DNA of 64,000 nucleotides from Coriobacteriales bacterium (GTDB taxonomy: Bacteria; Actinomycetota; Coriobacteriia; Coriobacteriales; UBA8131). The DNA lies in NCBI GenBank assembly GCA_031264075.1, contig JAISEO010000099.1, forward strand, positions 13,666 to 77,665, read 5' to 3'. Position 1 is the stretch's first letter. Each line of letters opens with the position of its first letter. The position numbers and the translations under genes were made by a program. Below the pieces are notes generated by a model that saw only the letters and a list, made by a program, of their open reading frames with translations, did not search any database and was not told the DNA's origin. Below, in pieces: positions 9,101 through 18,037 of this stretch.

Positions 9101-10197
9101 CCCTTCATATTCTTGCGATAGATGAAGATGAAGAAGGGAACCCCCAGTATGGAGGTGAGCAGGCCGATGGGTATCTCGATCTCAAAGAGCAGGCGCGCGA
9201 AATTGTCCACAATCAACAGAAAGAGCCCTCCCACCAGCATGGTGGTTGGCAAGAGCACGCGGTAGTTGGGCCCCACGATGGCGCGCGTGAGATGGGGCAC
9301 CACGAGGCCAATCCAGCCAATCATGCCCGAGACAGCCACCGAACACGAGGTGAGCAGCGTCGCGGCCGCGATGACGATGAGGCGTGTGCGGCCGGTGTTG
9401 ATGCCGAGCGATTTGGCCTCGTCCTCACCAAAGGAGAGCACGTTGAGGTTCCAGCTCTGCGTGAGCAGGACCGCATAGCCCACGAGCATCACCGGAAGGA
9501 TCATGAGCAGATCCTTGAGTGAGATGGAGGCAAACGAGCCCATGAGCCAGAACGTGATGGAGGGGAGCTTGCCGTCGGCATCCGCTACGAGTTTGATGAT
9601 GGACGTACCGCTCTGAAACAGTGAGCCCACGAGGATTCCGCCGAGGATGAGCCCCAGTATGGCATCGGCCTTGACCACCCGGTTGATGAGCAGCACGAGG
9701 CTCACGGCCAGAATGCCCCCGATGAAGGCGAAGGCCTGGATGTAGATGTTGCTGAGGTTCCAGAGCAGGGCCAGACAGGCGCCGAGCGCGGCACCGGCAG
9801 ACGCACCGAGAAGGTCGGGAGAGACGAGGGGGTTCTTGAACATGCCCTGGTAGGCGGCCCCGGCCACGCTCAGCGCCATGCCCACGAGGATGACGACGAT
9901 GATGCGCGGCAGGCGGATGTTGAAGAGCGCGCGGTGCAGGGCAAGGTCGGCGTACTCCGATTCGGGTACCGTGAAGTACTCGACCACCGCCTGGTAGATC
10001 TGCGACGGCAGGGCGGTGTAGCGGCCCAACATCCACGAGATAAAGGCAACCGCTACGAGCGCCAGGCTCACCAGGATAATCCGTCGCACCAGATGACGTA
10101 CTGAGAATACCTCCAACGCCGTTTTTGTATCGGCGGGGATTTCTCTGTCCAACAGCTCGTGTCTCGCTTTTAGCATCTTGCGTCTAGTGTCCAACAT
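9094..10197 (-). CDS. FecCD-family iron-chelate/cobalamin ABC permease
   Basis: 367-aa polytopic protein. It has motifs typical of BtuC/FecCD (LSFGEDEAKSLGINTGRTRLI..., ...GLLTSILGVPFFIFIY). Confidence 0.9.
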   Translation of the reverse strand: MLDTRRKMLKARHELLDREIPADTKTALEVFSVRHLVRRIILVSLALVAVAFISWMLGRYTALPSQIYQAVVEYFTVPESEYADLALHRALFNIRLPRIIVVILVGMALSVAGAAYQGMFKNPLVSPDLLGASAGAALGACLALLWNLSNIYIQAFAFIGGILAVSLVLLINRVVKADAILGLILGGILVGSLFQSGTSIIKLVADADGKLPSITFWLMGSFASISLKDLLMILPVMLVGYAVLLTQSWNLNVLSFGEDEAKSLGINTGRTRLIVIAAATLLTSCSVAVSGMIGWIGLVVPHLTRAIVGPNYRVLLPTTMLVGGLFLLIVDNFARLLFEIEIPIGLLTSILGVPFFIFIYRKNMKGW

Positions 10198-10281
10198 CTG
10201 TGCCCGGAAGAGCTACAACCATGTGTTCTCCTTGTTACCGTCTCTTTCTGCCAGTGATTATATCAGAGTGGGTTTGAGGCG

Positions 10282-11478
10282 CTACTCTGGCTTCTCCTCA
10301 GCCTCCAACTCGGCGAACTTTGCCTTCATGGTTGTGTTGCCCCGCGTCAGACGCTTGACGGTGAGGCCGTCGGCCTTGTCGTTGGCCAGGCGCAGCTGGC
10401 GCTCCGACCCCAGCAGGTTCTCCTTGACCTTCTGCAGATGGTCTATCGTCTTGTCTATCTCGCCGATGGCAACCTGAAAGCGTTTGGAAGCACTCTCGAA
10501 GTTCTTGCTGAAGCCGTCCTTGAAGCTGGTGAGACTGTCTTCAAAGTTGGTGATGTCGATGTTCATATTTTTGGCAAGGGCCAGCTGCGAGCGGTATTCC
10601 AGGGTGGAGAGGGCGGCGTTTCTCAGCAGCGTTATCATCGGGATGAAGAACTGGGGGCGGATGACATACATCTTGGGGTAGTGGTGAGAAACGTCCACGA
10701 TGCCGCCGTTGAACAGCTCGCTCTCGGGCTCCAGCATCGTCACGAGCACGGCGTATTCGCAGCCCTTGCTGGTGCGGTCGCGGTCGAGCTTCTTGTAGAA
10801 GTCCTCATTTTTGTGCTTCCTGGAGTCGGAGTCGCTCTCGTTTTTCATCTCAAACATGATGGAGATGAACTCCGTGCCGTCGCCTGCGGCCTCTCTGAAG
10901 ATATAATCGCCCTTGCTGCCGGCGCTGGCATCGGAGTCCTTGGCAAAGCTCGCGTGTCTGAAGGCCGTGGCACGCAGGCGCTCGAACTCCACCTCGCAGT
11001 GCTGCTCCAGGGTCTCGCCGACCATCTTGGTTGACATCCTGGTCTTGAAGTCCTTGAGCCGCTCTATCATCTCGTCCTTGGCTTTGAGCTCGTTGTGATA
11101 CTTCTCGGTGACGGAGGCCTCAAGCAGGCGCCGCTCGTTGGCGGCGTTTTCCAGCTTGGAGGCCAGGATGTCGCGCTCGCGCCCTATGCTGTCCACTGCC
11201 CGGGCTACGGCCAGCTCCCGGTCAGTCTCAGACTGCGCGATGCGTGCCTCGAGCGCGGCCAGCTCACGCTCCTTCCCGGCCAGCAGGACGTTGAACTCGT
11301 TACGGGCGTGTGCCTGCGCCAGTTCTACCGCACCCGCCTGTTTCTCATTGATGAGCGTCTCGCGTGCCCTGAGTTCCTTCTCAAACTCCGCGGTGCGCAC
11401 CTGACTTACGATATTGGCATATCCGGCCTCATCCACGGTGAATACCTCACCGCAGTTAGGACATTTTATTTCGGCCAT
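10282..11478 (-). CDS. DUF2130 domain-containing protein (N-terminal zinc ribbon, coiled coil, C-terminal nuclease-like region)
   Basis: 398-aa ORF. It starts [36 protein letters not shown]..., matching my recollection of the DUF2130 family. Function unknown. Confidence 0.75.
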   Translation of the reverse strand: MAEIKCPNCGEVFTVDEAGYANIVSQVRTAEFEKELRARETLINEKQAGAVELAQAHARNEFNVLLAGKERELAALEARIAQSETDRELAVARAVDSIGRERDILASKLENAANERRLLEASVTEKYHNELKAKDEMIERLKDFKTRMSTKMVGETLEQHCEVEFERLRATAFRHASFAKDSDASAGSKGDYIFREAAGDGTEFISIMFEMKNESDSDSRKHKNEDFYKKLDRDRTSKGCEYAVLVTMLEPESELFNGGIVDVSHHYPKMYVIRPQFFIPMITLLRNAALSTLEYRSQLALAKNMNIDITNFEDSLTSFKDGFSKNFESASKRFQVAIGEIDKTIDHLQKVKENLLGSERQLRLANDKADGLTVKRLTRGNTTMKAKFAELEAEEKPE

Positions 11479-11552
11479 AGGGCAGATCCTCTCTGATGGG
11501 GATAAGCAAGGTTATTCTGGTTATGATACCCGATGCGCGGTATACTGGGGAC

Positions 11553-12197
11553 ATGCGTCTGTTTGTAGCGGTGACATTTTCTGATGAAGTAAAGGACAGT
11601 CTGGCCATTCTCGCCCGGGAGTTAGAGCGACAGGCCAGCGCCGGCCGTTTTGTGCCGCGCGAGAACTTTCACCTGACGCTGGCCTTTCTCGGCACAACCG
11701 AGCGCTTCGCTGAGCTAGAGGAGATGCTGCGTCACACCGCCCGCCTGGAGCTGGCCGAGCCGCTCGAGCTCTGTCTGGAAGGCATTGGCAGCTTTAAGGC
11801 CGGACGCAAGAGCAGCAGAGCGCGTGATGGCAGAGCAGCTGATGCCTCGGCAAGACGCGGCGGAATGACCGGTGGCAAGACAGGGGAAGGCAGGGCGGGG
11901 GAAGGCAAGGCGAGAGATTTTGCGAACGGAACCGGATACACCTGGTGGGTGGGTGTTGCCGAAAATCCCGGCTTGCTCCGCTTGGCAGGCGTCCTCAGCC
12001 GTGCCCTGCGCGAGGCGGGCTTTTCCCGGGAACGGCGTTCCTTCAAGCCGCATGTCACGCTGGGCAGGGCTGTTGTTACCCGGAAACCCGTCGAACTCAT
12101 CCTGCCGGAACTCTCCGTAGAGGTGCATTCCCTCTCCCTGATGAAGTCCGACCTGAGTGCTGCGCTCCCTGTGTACACTGAGATCTTCAGAACCTGA
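11553..12197 (+). CDS. thpR: RNA 2',3'-cyclic phosphodiesterase (2H phosphoesterase, ThpR/LigT)
   Basis: Two H-x-T-x motifs (FHLTLAFLG and PHVTLGRA). Start chosen at MRLFVAV (11553); the ORF is open from 11496. TATACT at 11541-11546 lies 6 nt before this ATG and there is no SD. An Arg/Gly-rich insert sits between the two lobes. Confidence 0.8.
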   Translation: MRLFVAVTFSDEVKDSLAILARELERQASAGRFVPRENFHLTLAFLGTTERFAELEEMLRHTARLELAEPLELCLEGIGSFKAGRKSSRARDGRAADASARRGGMTGGKTGEGRAGEGKARDFANGTGYTWWVGVAENPGLLRLAGVLSRALREAGFSRERRSFKPHVTLGRAVVTRKPVELILPELSVEVHSLSLMKSDLSAALPVYTEIFRT

Positions 12198-12249
12198 AGA
12201 GCGTATTTCCTGCTCTGTTCTCTCTGCTCGCGAAGCTTTGAATCCCCTC

Positions 12250-12277
12250 TTGACAGCACGCTATTCAGTGATACTAT
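12250..12277 (+). promoter_or_regulatory. Predicted promoter of the second padR operon
   Basis: TTGACA (12250-12255), a 16-nt spacer, then TACTAT (12272-12277). It overlaps the direct repeats AGTGATACT(A/G)TA at 12267-12278 and 12290-12301. Confidence 0.45.
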
Positions 12278-12348
12278 AGAGTGGTAGTAAGTGATACTGT
12301 ATACTGAAATACCCACTGGACAGGCAATAGCGTACAGGAGGAACCGCG

Positions 12349-12681
12349 TTGGAAGGCTTAACGGAAATGCTGAAGGGCGTGCTGGAAGGTTGCGTGCTGG
12401 AAATCATCAGCAGGGGCGCGACCTATGGCTATGAGATTACGCGACGGCTGAACGCGCTCGGTTTTACGGACGTGGTGGACGGCACGACCTATACCATCCT
12501 GTTGCGTCTGGAGAAGAACGGGCTCGTAGACACCTGCAAGCAGCCCTCAGAACTGGGGCCACCGAGGAAGTTCTTCACGCTCAACGACGCAGGGCGTGAG
12601 GAACTCTGCCGCTTCTGGGCCAGGTGGGAGTTTGTCGCATCGAAAATGAATCAACTCAGAGAGGAGCAACCGCATGTCTGA
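12349..12681 (+). CDS. PadR family transcriptional regulator
   Basis: MLKGVLEGCVLEIISRGATYGYEITRRLN... is the PadR signature. AGGAGGA lies 8 nt before the TTG at 12349; an alternative ATG is at 12367. Confidence 0.88.
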   Translation: MEGLTEMLKGVLEGCVLEIISRGATYGYEITRRLNALGFTDVVDGTTYTILLRLEKNGLVDTCKQPSELGPPRKFFTLNDAGREELCRFWARWEFVASKMNQLREEQPHV

Positions 12682-13072
12682 ATTCTTCGACAACTATCTC
12701 AATATCAGGAAGATACGTGCAAGCAAGCGTGAATACAAACAACACATGGCACGGGTGGAGGCGTTGCCGGAAGACTATCAGTATGTCTTCAAGAAGATCC
12801 AGCACCATATGTGGATGTTTGCGGCGGGTTCGGGCTACGACATGATGGAGATTCACTACAGCCTCATTGAACTCTTTGAGGAGGGCGCAGCCGAAGGCAG
12901 GCCCGTGCTGCAAATCACGGGCGAGGATGTGGCGGCATTCTGCGATGAACTGCTGCGTAATGCAAAGACCTACACCGCTGATTGGCGTGAAAAGCTCAAC
13001 CGCGACATCCTGAGCCACATCAGCACAGAAGACGGTCGCGCATCAGCAAGAAAGGAAGCACGCAATGACTGA
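12674..13072 (+). CDS. DUF1048 domain-containing protein
   Basis: ...KREYKQHMARVEALPEDYQYVFKKIQHHMW...LFEEGAAEGRPVLQITGEDVAAFCDELL matches the DUF1048 pattern that commonly follows PadR genes. Overlaps both neighbours. Confidence 0.8.
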   Translation: MSEFFDNYLNIRKIRASKREYKQHMARVEALPEDYQYVFKKIQHHMWMFAAGSGYDMMEIHYSLIELFEEGAAEGRPVLQITGEDVAAFCDELLRNAKTYTADWREKLNRDILSHISTEDGRASARKEARND

Positions 13073-14012
13073 TGCCGTGATCCAGGTAACCGACCTGCAA
13101 AAATCCTTCACCGGCAAAAAGGGTGCCAGGACAGCCGTCTTGAAAGGCGTGTACTTTGAGGTGCGGCGCGGCGAGATCTTTGCACTGCTCGGCTCAAACG
13201 GTGCGGGAAAGACCACGACGGTCAGGATCCTCTCAACGGTACTCAAAGCGGACGGAGGCAGCGCACAGGTCTGTGGCTATGATGTGGCGCGGCAGGCGGA
13301 CAAAGTGCGCGAGCGCATCAGCCTGACGGGACAGTTCGCCGCTGTTGACGGCATGCTCACGGGGCGGGAGAACCTCCTGCTCATCGCCAGGCTGCGCGGC
13401 GTGGCGGATCCTGCGAACCTCGCCGACGGCCTGCTTGAACGCTTTGGCCTCGCAGGCGCGGCACACCGGCGTGCAGACACGTATTCCGGCGGGATGACGC
13501 GGCGGCTCGACATAGCGATGAGCCTCGTGGGGAGCCCCACCGTCCTCTTCCTTGATGAACCAACAACCGGGCTTGACCCAGAGGCCCGGCTTGCAGTCTG
13601 GCAGACCGCGAGAGAGCTTGCAGACGGCGGTACAACCATCCTCCTCACCACGCAATATCTGGAGGAAGCGGAGCAACTCGCCCAGCGTATCGCCATCCTG
13701 CACGATGGAAGAATCATCGCTAACGGAACGCTGGGCGAACTCGAAGAGCTGCTCCCGCCCGCAAAAGAGGAATACGTGATACGGCGGCCGACCCTGGAGG
13801 AGGTATTCCTCGCAATCATTAACGCCCAGCAGGGCGGCGTGGCTGGGCAGGGTGGCACAGTGTGGCAGGGTGGCGCGGCTGAGCAGGGCGGCACAACCAG
13901 ACAGAGCGACGCAATCAGACAGGACGCTACAGCCAGACAGGATGGCGCGACCATGCAAAGCAGCGCAACCAGGCAAAATAGCGCGTATCCAGACAGGAGG
14001 GCAGTGCTATGA
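13065..14012 (+). CDS. ABC transporter ATP-binding protein (DrrA/ABC-2 type) with repetitive C-terminal tail
   Basis: Walker A GSNGAGKTT, signature YSGGMTRRLDIAMSL, Walker B LFLDEPTTGLD. The last ~60 aa are degenerate hexapeptide repeats. Confidence 0.9.
   Translation: MTDAVIQVTDLQKSFTGKKGARTAVLKGVYFEVRRGEIFALLGSNGAGKTTTVRILSTVLKADGGSAQVCGYDVARQADKVRERISLTGQFAAVDGMLTGRENLLLIARLRGVADPANLADGLLERFGLAGAAHRRADTYSGGMTRRLDIAMSLVGSPTVLFLDEPTTGLDPEARLAVWQTARELADGGTTILLTTQYLEEAEQLAQRIAILHDGRIIANGTLGELEELLPPAKEEYVIRRPTLEEVFLAIINAQQGGVAGQGGTVWQGGAAEQGGTTRQSDAIRQDATARQDGATMQSSATRQNSAYPDRRAVL
13830..13991 (+). repeat. In-frame degenerate 18-bp tandem repeat (about nine units) encoding the ATPase tail
   Basis: Units begin CAG/CAA every 18 nt (13830, 13848, 13866, 13884, 13902, 13920, 13938, 13956, 13974). 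They encode QGGVAG QGGTVW QGGAAE QGGTTR QSDAIR QDATAR QDGATM QSSATR QNSAYP. Confidence 0.8.
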
Positions 14013-14758
14013 AGACCCTGCACGACACCGGCGTATTGTTTGGCCGCCTGATGCGCCATATACTCCGCAGCCCCGACACGATTATCACCGTGGCGATTAC
14101 ACCCATCGCCATCATGCTGCTGTTCGTCTTTGTGTTGGGTGGAGCGATAGAGACTGAGGGCAGCTATGTGAACTACCTTGTGCCGGGCATACTCCTCATT
14201 GCCATTGCAAGCGGCATAGCCTACACCGCTCTGCGGCTCTTTGCCGACGTGAAGAACGGCCTGTTTGAGCGCTTCCAATCCATGCCCATTAAGCGAACCT
14301 CCCTGCTCTGGGCACACGTCCTGACCTCGCTGGTGTCTAACGCCGTCTCGATGGTTTTGATTATCCTGGTGGCGCTTGCCATTGGCTTTCGACCGAGCGC
14401 TGGTGTGCTGGCGTGGCTCGCCGTTGCGGGCATACTGGTTCTGTTTACGCTGGCGCTCACGTGGCTTGCGGTCATTGCTGGCCTGACGGCCAGGTCGGCT
14501 GAGGGCTCCAGCGCATTCTCGTATCCGCTTGTCTTTCTGCCATTCATCAGTTCGGCGTTCGTACCAACCACAACCATGCCCGCCGCAGTCCGTCTCTTTG
14601 CGGAGAATCAGCCGGTAACCTCCATCGTCAATACGCTCCGCTCCCTGCTGGGCTCACAGCCCGTTGGCAGCGACATAGCAATCGCGCTCGCCTGGTGTGT
14701 GGCCATCACGGTCGTGGCATACCTGTGCGCCATGAGGGCCTACCGGCGACTTGGGTAA
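14009..14758 (+). CDS. ABC-2 type transporter permease
   Basis: 249-aa six-helix hydrophobic protein. ATGA overlap with the ATPase gene. Typical DrrB/ABC-2 layout. Confidence 0.88.
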   Translation: MKTLHDTGVLFGRLMRHILRSPDTIITVAITPIAIMLLFVFVLGGAIETEGSYVNYLVPGILLIAIASGIAYTALRLFADVKNGLFERFQSMPIKRTSLLWAHVLTSLVSNAVSMVLIILVALAIGFRPSAGVLAWLAVAGILVLFTLALTWLAVIAGLTARSAEGSSAFSYPLVFLPFISSAFVPTTTMPAAVRLFAENQPVTSIVNTLRSLLGSQPVGSDIAIALAWCVAITVVAYLCAMRAYRRLG

Positions 14759-14853
14759 TGCCCACGTGCCACAACAGGGCTCCAGCCACGCTCTTTAGTG
14801 CTGTCTTGCCCGAATCTGATGGAGAGGCGGTAGTGAGAAGCGCCCCGAAAAAA

Positions 14854-15015
14854 TTATGGTTTCTTGAAAAGTAGGATTACGGTGTAATTGATCTGGTTGA
14901 CTATCATATCAACGTACTCGCTGCCCTGTTCCACTTCTTCGTTGATTCCTGTCTCGATTAACTCCGCAAGTTTTTTCTCCGTAAGCTTTGAACCGATATA
15001 CTTCGTGTAATACAT
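14854..15015 (-). CDS. Hypothetical 53-aa protein in an AT-rich islet (below the ORF-track cut-off)
   Basis: Hand translation gives MYYTKYIGSKLTEKKLAELIETGINEEVEQGSEYVDMIVNQINYTVILLFKKP. AAGGAAG lies upstream of the ATG (15015-15013). No family recognised. Confidence 0.25.
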   Translation of the reverse strand: MYYTKYIGSKLTEKKLAELIETGINEEVEQGSEYVDMIVNQINYTVILLFKKP

Positions 15016-15124
15016 GCTGCTTCCTTTCTCACACTACTCAGGGGAACTCCAACTACACACTGACGCAGTACTTACTGCATAGTACTCAGTATATTCCTGG
15101 CTCGCCCGCGGAGCAAGAGCCTAT

Positions 15125-15469
15125 TTGAACAAAATGCAACCCGATCCTGTGTTGCGTTGCGCATTCCCCTGTGTTTTCTACGCCGTCATGCAAACCTGGC
15201 CCGGAGCCGACCTCTTCTTCCAGGACATATTCTGGCCGGGTGTGGCGCTGACACTCGTCAACGGCATCCCCAACCTCGTCTGCGCCGTCCTGCTCCTGCG
15301 CCGTCAGAGATGGCAGTATGCGGTGGGCATTATCTGCGGAGTTCTGCTCCTACTCTGGACGGCATGGGAGTGCGTGTTCATGCCCAACCCGGTTACCACC
15401 GTCTATCTGGTCATAGGCATCGTGCAGACAGCGGTGGCTGTTTACTGCCTGAAAGCAGGAACGAGATAG
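15125..15469 (+). CDS. Hypothetical membrane protein; shortened paralogue of 21442-21882
   Basis: Shares ...MQTWPGADLFFQD.FWPGV.L.LVNGIPNL.CA.LLLRRQRWQY..GI.CGVLL.LWT.WECVFMPNPVTT.YLV.GIVQTA.AVYCL with the 146-aa paralogue. It lacks about 26 codons of the first hydrophobic segment. The ATG at 15134 (ATGCAAC) matches the paralogue's ATGCAAC. Confidence 0.6.
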   Translation: MNKMQPDPVLRCAFPCVFYAVMQTWPGADLFFQDIFWPGVALTLVNGIPNLVCAVLLLRRQRWQYAVGIICGVLLLLWTAWECVFMPNPVTTVYLVIGIVQTAVAVYCLKAGTR

Positions 15470-15701
15470 CAGAAGATATACCCCCTCAGCCTCGCAGCAA
15501 AGCAAAAGCCGTTTGATGCGCAAACTCTTCTAAAACTGCAGAAACATCTCAGTCGGAAGAGGATGTCAACCGCGTTCCCTGTGCTCCCTTCGATTATACT
15601 AATGGATCTCCAAAGGAGAATCGTTTTGGACGAACGGCTCTTGGGAGAAAGATTGGGAGCACGATTCCGGCGGAGAAGCAAGCTATCAAAGGAAGTGTGA
15701 G

Positions 15702-16274
15702 ATGCAGGCAGACAACGATGTGCAGCGGTGTGGTTGGTGCGGCAATGACCCGCTCTATGTACGTTACCACGACGAGGAGTGGGGTCGGGTGGTTGATGAT
15801 GATAGGGTGATGTTCGAGTTTCTTGTTCTCGAAGGTGCGCAGGCAGGACTGAGCTGGCTTACGATTTTGCGGAGGCGTGAGAACTATCGCAGGGCCTTTG
15901 CGGGCTTTGATGCCGAGAAGGTCGCGAGTTTCACGGCAGAGGATGTTGAGCGGTTGGTGCAGGATGCCGGTATTATCCGCAATCGCCTGAAAATCGAGGC
16001 CGCCATCTCAAATGCACGGCATTTCCTCGATGTCCAACAGGAATTCGGCAGTTTCTGTGCCTATCTGCGATCCTTCCTGCCCGATGGCAGGCCTATCGTC
16101 AACCAGTGGAGAAGCCTTGATGAGATTCCCGCCACGACCCCACTTGCCAAGACGATAAGCAAGGATATGAAGAAGCGCGGCTTTAAGTTCTTCGGCCCGA
16201 CTATCTGCTATGCGCATCTGCAGGCGGTCGGCTATGTCAATGACCATGTGCTCGATTGCAGCTTTCGTCCGTAA
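15702..16274 (+). CDS. tag: DNA-3-methyladenine glycosylase I
   Basis: CGWCGNDPLYVRYHDEEWGRVV...FEFLVLEGAQAGLSWLTILRRRENYRRAF is the Tag signature, including the zinc-snap Cys/His residues. Confidence 0.93.
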   Translation: MQADNDVQRCGWCGNDPLYVRYHDEEWGRVVDDDRVMFEFLVLEGAQAGLSWLTILRRRENYRRAFAGFDAEKVASFTAEDVERLVQDAGIIRNRLKIEAAISNARHFLDVQQEFGSFCAYLRSFLPDGRPIVNQWRSLDEIPATTPLAKTISKDMKKRGFKFFGPTICYAHLQAVGYVNDHVLDCSFRP

Positions 16275-16429
16275 ACAATTCAAAATCAAGAGGTTCAATC
16301 TTCTAAAGACAGCTTGCGGCAGCGTTTGAGTTTTGGGTGATGGTTTTGCTCCGTAAAGGACGCTCCCTCAGGTCGTCCCAGGATATGAGGCAGGCGCGCA
16401 ATAATGCAACCAGTGCTTGGGAGAGCAGT

Positions 16430-18022
16430 ATGCAGATCACCCTTACCAACATCACCTATACCTACGACGACGCGTCGGAGCGAGCGCTCACACCGGTTAC
16501 CGTGACCTTTCCGGAGGGATGGACGGGCATCGTCGGCAGCAACGGCAGTGGCAAGACCACCCTGCTGAGGCTCCTGAGCGGTGAGCTCGAGCTCAGCGAC
16601 GGACAGATAGCACCGCGTCTAACAGGCGTTTACTGCGCCCAGGAGACCGAGCGGCGGCCGGCGGGCATGGACGACTTTGCCGTGGACTTCAGCGGCGAAG
16701 CCCTGCGTGTACGCAGCGTGCTGGGCATTGAAGACGAGTGGCCCTGGCGCTACGACGAACTCTCAGAAGGGGAACGAAAGCGTCTGCAGGTGGCTGTGGC
16801 ACTCTGGCAGAACCCACAAGTACTCGCCCTTGACGAGCCCACAAACCATGTTGACGCCGCCTGTCGTGAGCGCCTGCTGGCAGCGCTTGCCGCCTACCAG
16901 GGCATCGGCCTGCTCGTGTCGCACGACCGCGAGCTGCTTGACGCCCTCACCTGCCAGTGCCTGTTCCTCGGTGCGGGACGCGCGACCATGCGCCCTGGGA
17001 ACTACTCCGAGGGCCGTAAACTGGAAGAGCAGACACGAAGTGCGCGCCTGCACGAGCGGCACGAGGCAAAGGCCTCCCTGGCACGGCTCAGGCAGGTCAA
17101 GGCAGATCGCGACCACGAAGCTGCCCGTGCCGACGCCCGTCGCTCCAAGCGCGCCATCCCCAAAGGGGATCGCGACGCCAAGGCGCGCATCGACCTTGCC
17201 ATCTATACTGGTCAGGACGGTAAAGCGGGCAGGCGCTCAGCACAGATGGATGCCCGCCTTGTGGCGGCAGAGCAGCGTCTGGAGCAGGCGCAGGTGGAGA
17301 AGGTCTACGCTGCCGATGTCTGGCTCGATGCGGAGCCCTCGCACCGCCGCCTGCTTGTGGATATGAGGGAAGGTTACCTGAGTTTTGGGACGGGAGAGCG
17401 GTTATCATCGTCGCCGCTGCAGCTGTCACTGCCACCGGAGCAGCCGTCCGCTGTGCCCTTGCCCGGGGCATCTGCGCCACCCACGCCTCCCTGCCTGCGC
17501 ATTCCCCAGCTGTCCGTCGCTCCAACCGATCACATCGCCCTAGCAGGCCCCAACGGAGCAGGCAAGTCCACGCTCATCGCCGCCCTGCTACGGGAGCTGA
17601 CGGCCGACCTGCGCCTACTGTACGTGCCCCAGGAGCTGGGTGCCGACGAACGCCGGAGACAGCTTGCCGCGCTCAAAGACCTCTCCACCGCACTCCGTGG
17701 CAGAGCGCTCTCCATAGTCGCGCAGCTCAACTCCGATCCTGAGCGCATCCTTTCCGGCTCTCAGGCCAGCCCCGGCGAGACGCGCAAGCTCATGCTGGCA
17801 CTCGGAATCCTCGACCGTCCGCAGCTCATCGTCATGGACGAGCCGACCAACCACCTCGACCTCGTCACAACCGAGGCCCTGGAAGCAATGCTTGCCTCCT
17901 GCCCCTGCGCCCTCGTGCTCGCCTCACACGACGCCCGCTTCCTGGAGGCCACCACCTCCATCCGCTGGCAGATACGCCCGAGCGAAGATACCGCAGGCTC
18001 CGTGCTGGAAGTTATCAGATAA
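16430..18022 (+). CDS. ABC-F family ATPase (two ABC domains, charged linker, no membrane domain)
   Basis: Two Walker A sites (GSNGSGKTT, GPNGAGKST), two signatures (LSEGERKRLQVAVAL, SPGETRKLMLAL), and an Arg/Ala-rich inter-domain linker. Start chosen at MQITLTNI (GGGAGAG RBS); the ORF is open from 16337. Confidence 0.85.
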   Translation: MQITLTNITYTYDDASERALTPVTVTFPEGWTGIVGSNGSGKTTLLRLLSGELELSDGQIAPRLTGVYCAQETERRPAGMDDFAVDFSGEALRVRSVLGIEDEWPWRYDELSEGERKRLQVAVALWQNPQVLALDEPTNHVDAACRERLLAALAAYQGIGLLVSHDRELLDALTCQCLFLGAGRATMRPGNYSEGRKLEEQTRSARLHERHEAKASLARLRQVKADRDHEAARADARRSKRAIPKGDRDAKARIDLAIYTGQDGKAGRRSAQMDARLVAAEQRLEQAQVEKVYAADVWLDAEPSHRRLLVDMREGYLSFGTGERLSSSPLQLSLPPEQPSAVPLPGASAPPTPPCLRIPQLSVAPTDHIALAGPNGAGKSTLIAALLRELTADLRLLYVPQELGADERRRQLAALKDLSTALRGRALSIVAQLNSDPERILSGSQASPGETRKLMLALGILDRPQLIVMDEPTNHLDLVTTEALEAMLASCPCALVLASHDARFLEATTSIRWQIRPSEDTAGSVLEVIR

Positions 18023-18037
18023 GGAATGGTGTTTGCG

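Noticed and set aside
13830-13991. Regularly spaced repeats considered as a possible CRISPR array.
   Set aside because: The units are contiguous with an 18-bp period and no spacers. They are degenerate, in frame with the ABC ATPase ORF, and no cas genes are nearby.
15530-15701. Possible structured leader upstream of tag (GTGCTCCC ... GGGAGCAC pairing).
   Set aside because: There is a single 8-bp long-range pairing with no recognisable riboswitch core. That is insufficient evidence for a regulatory RNA.
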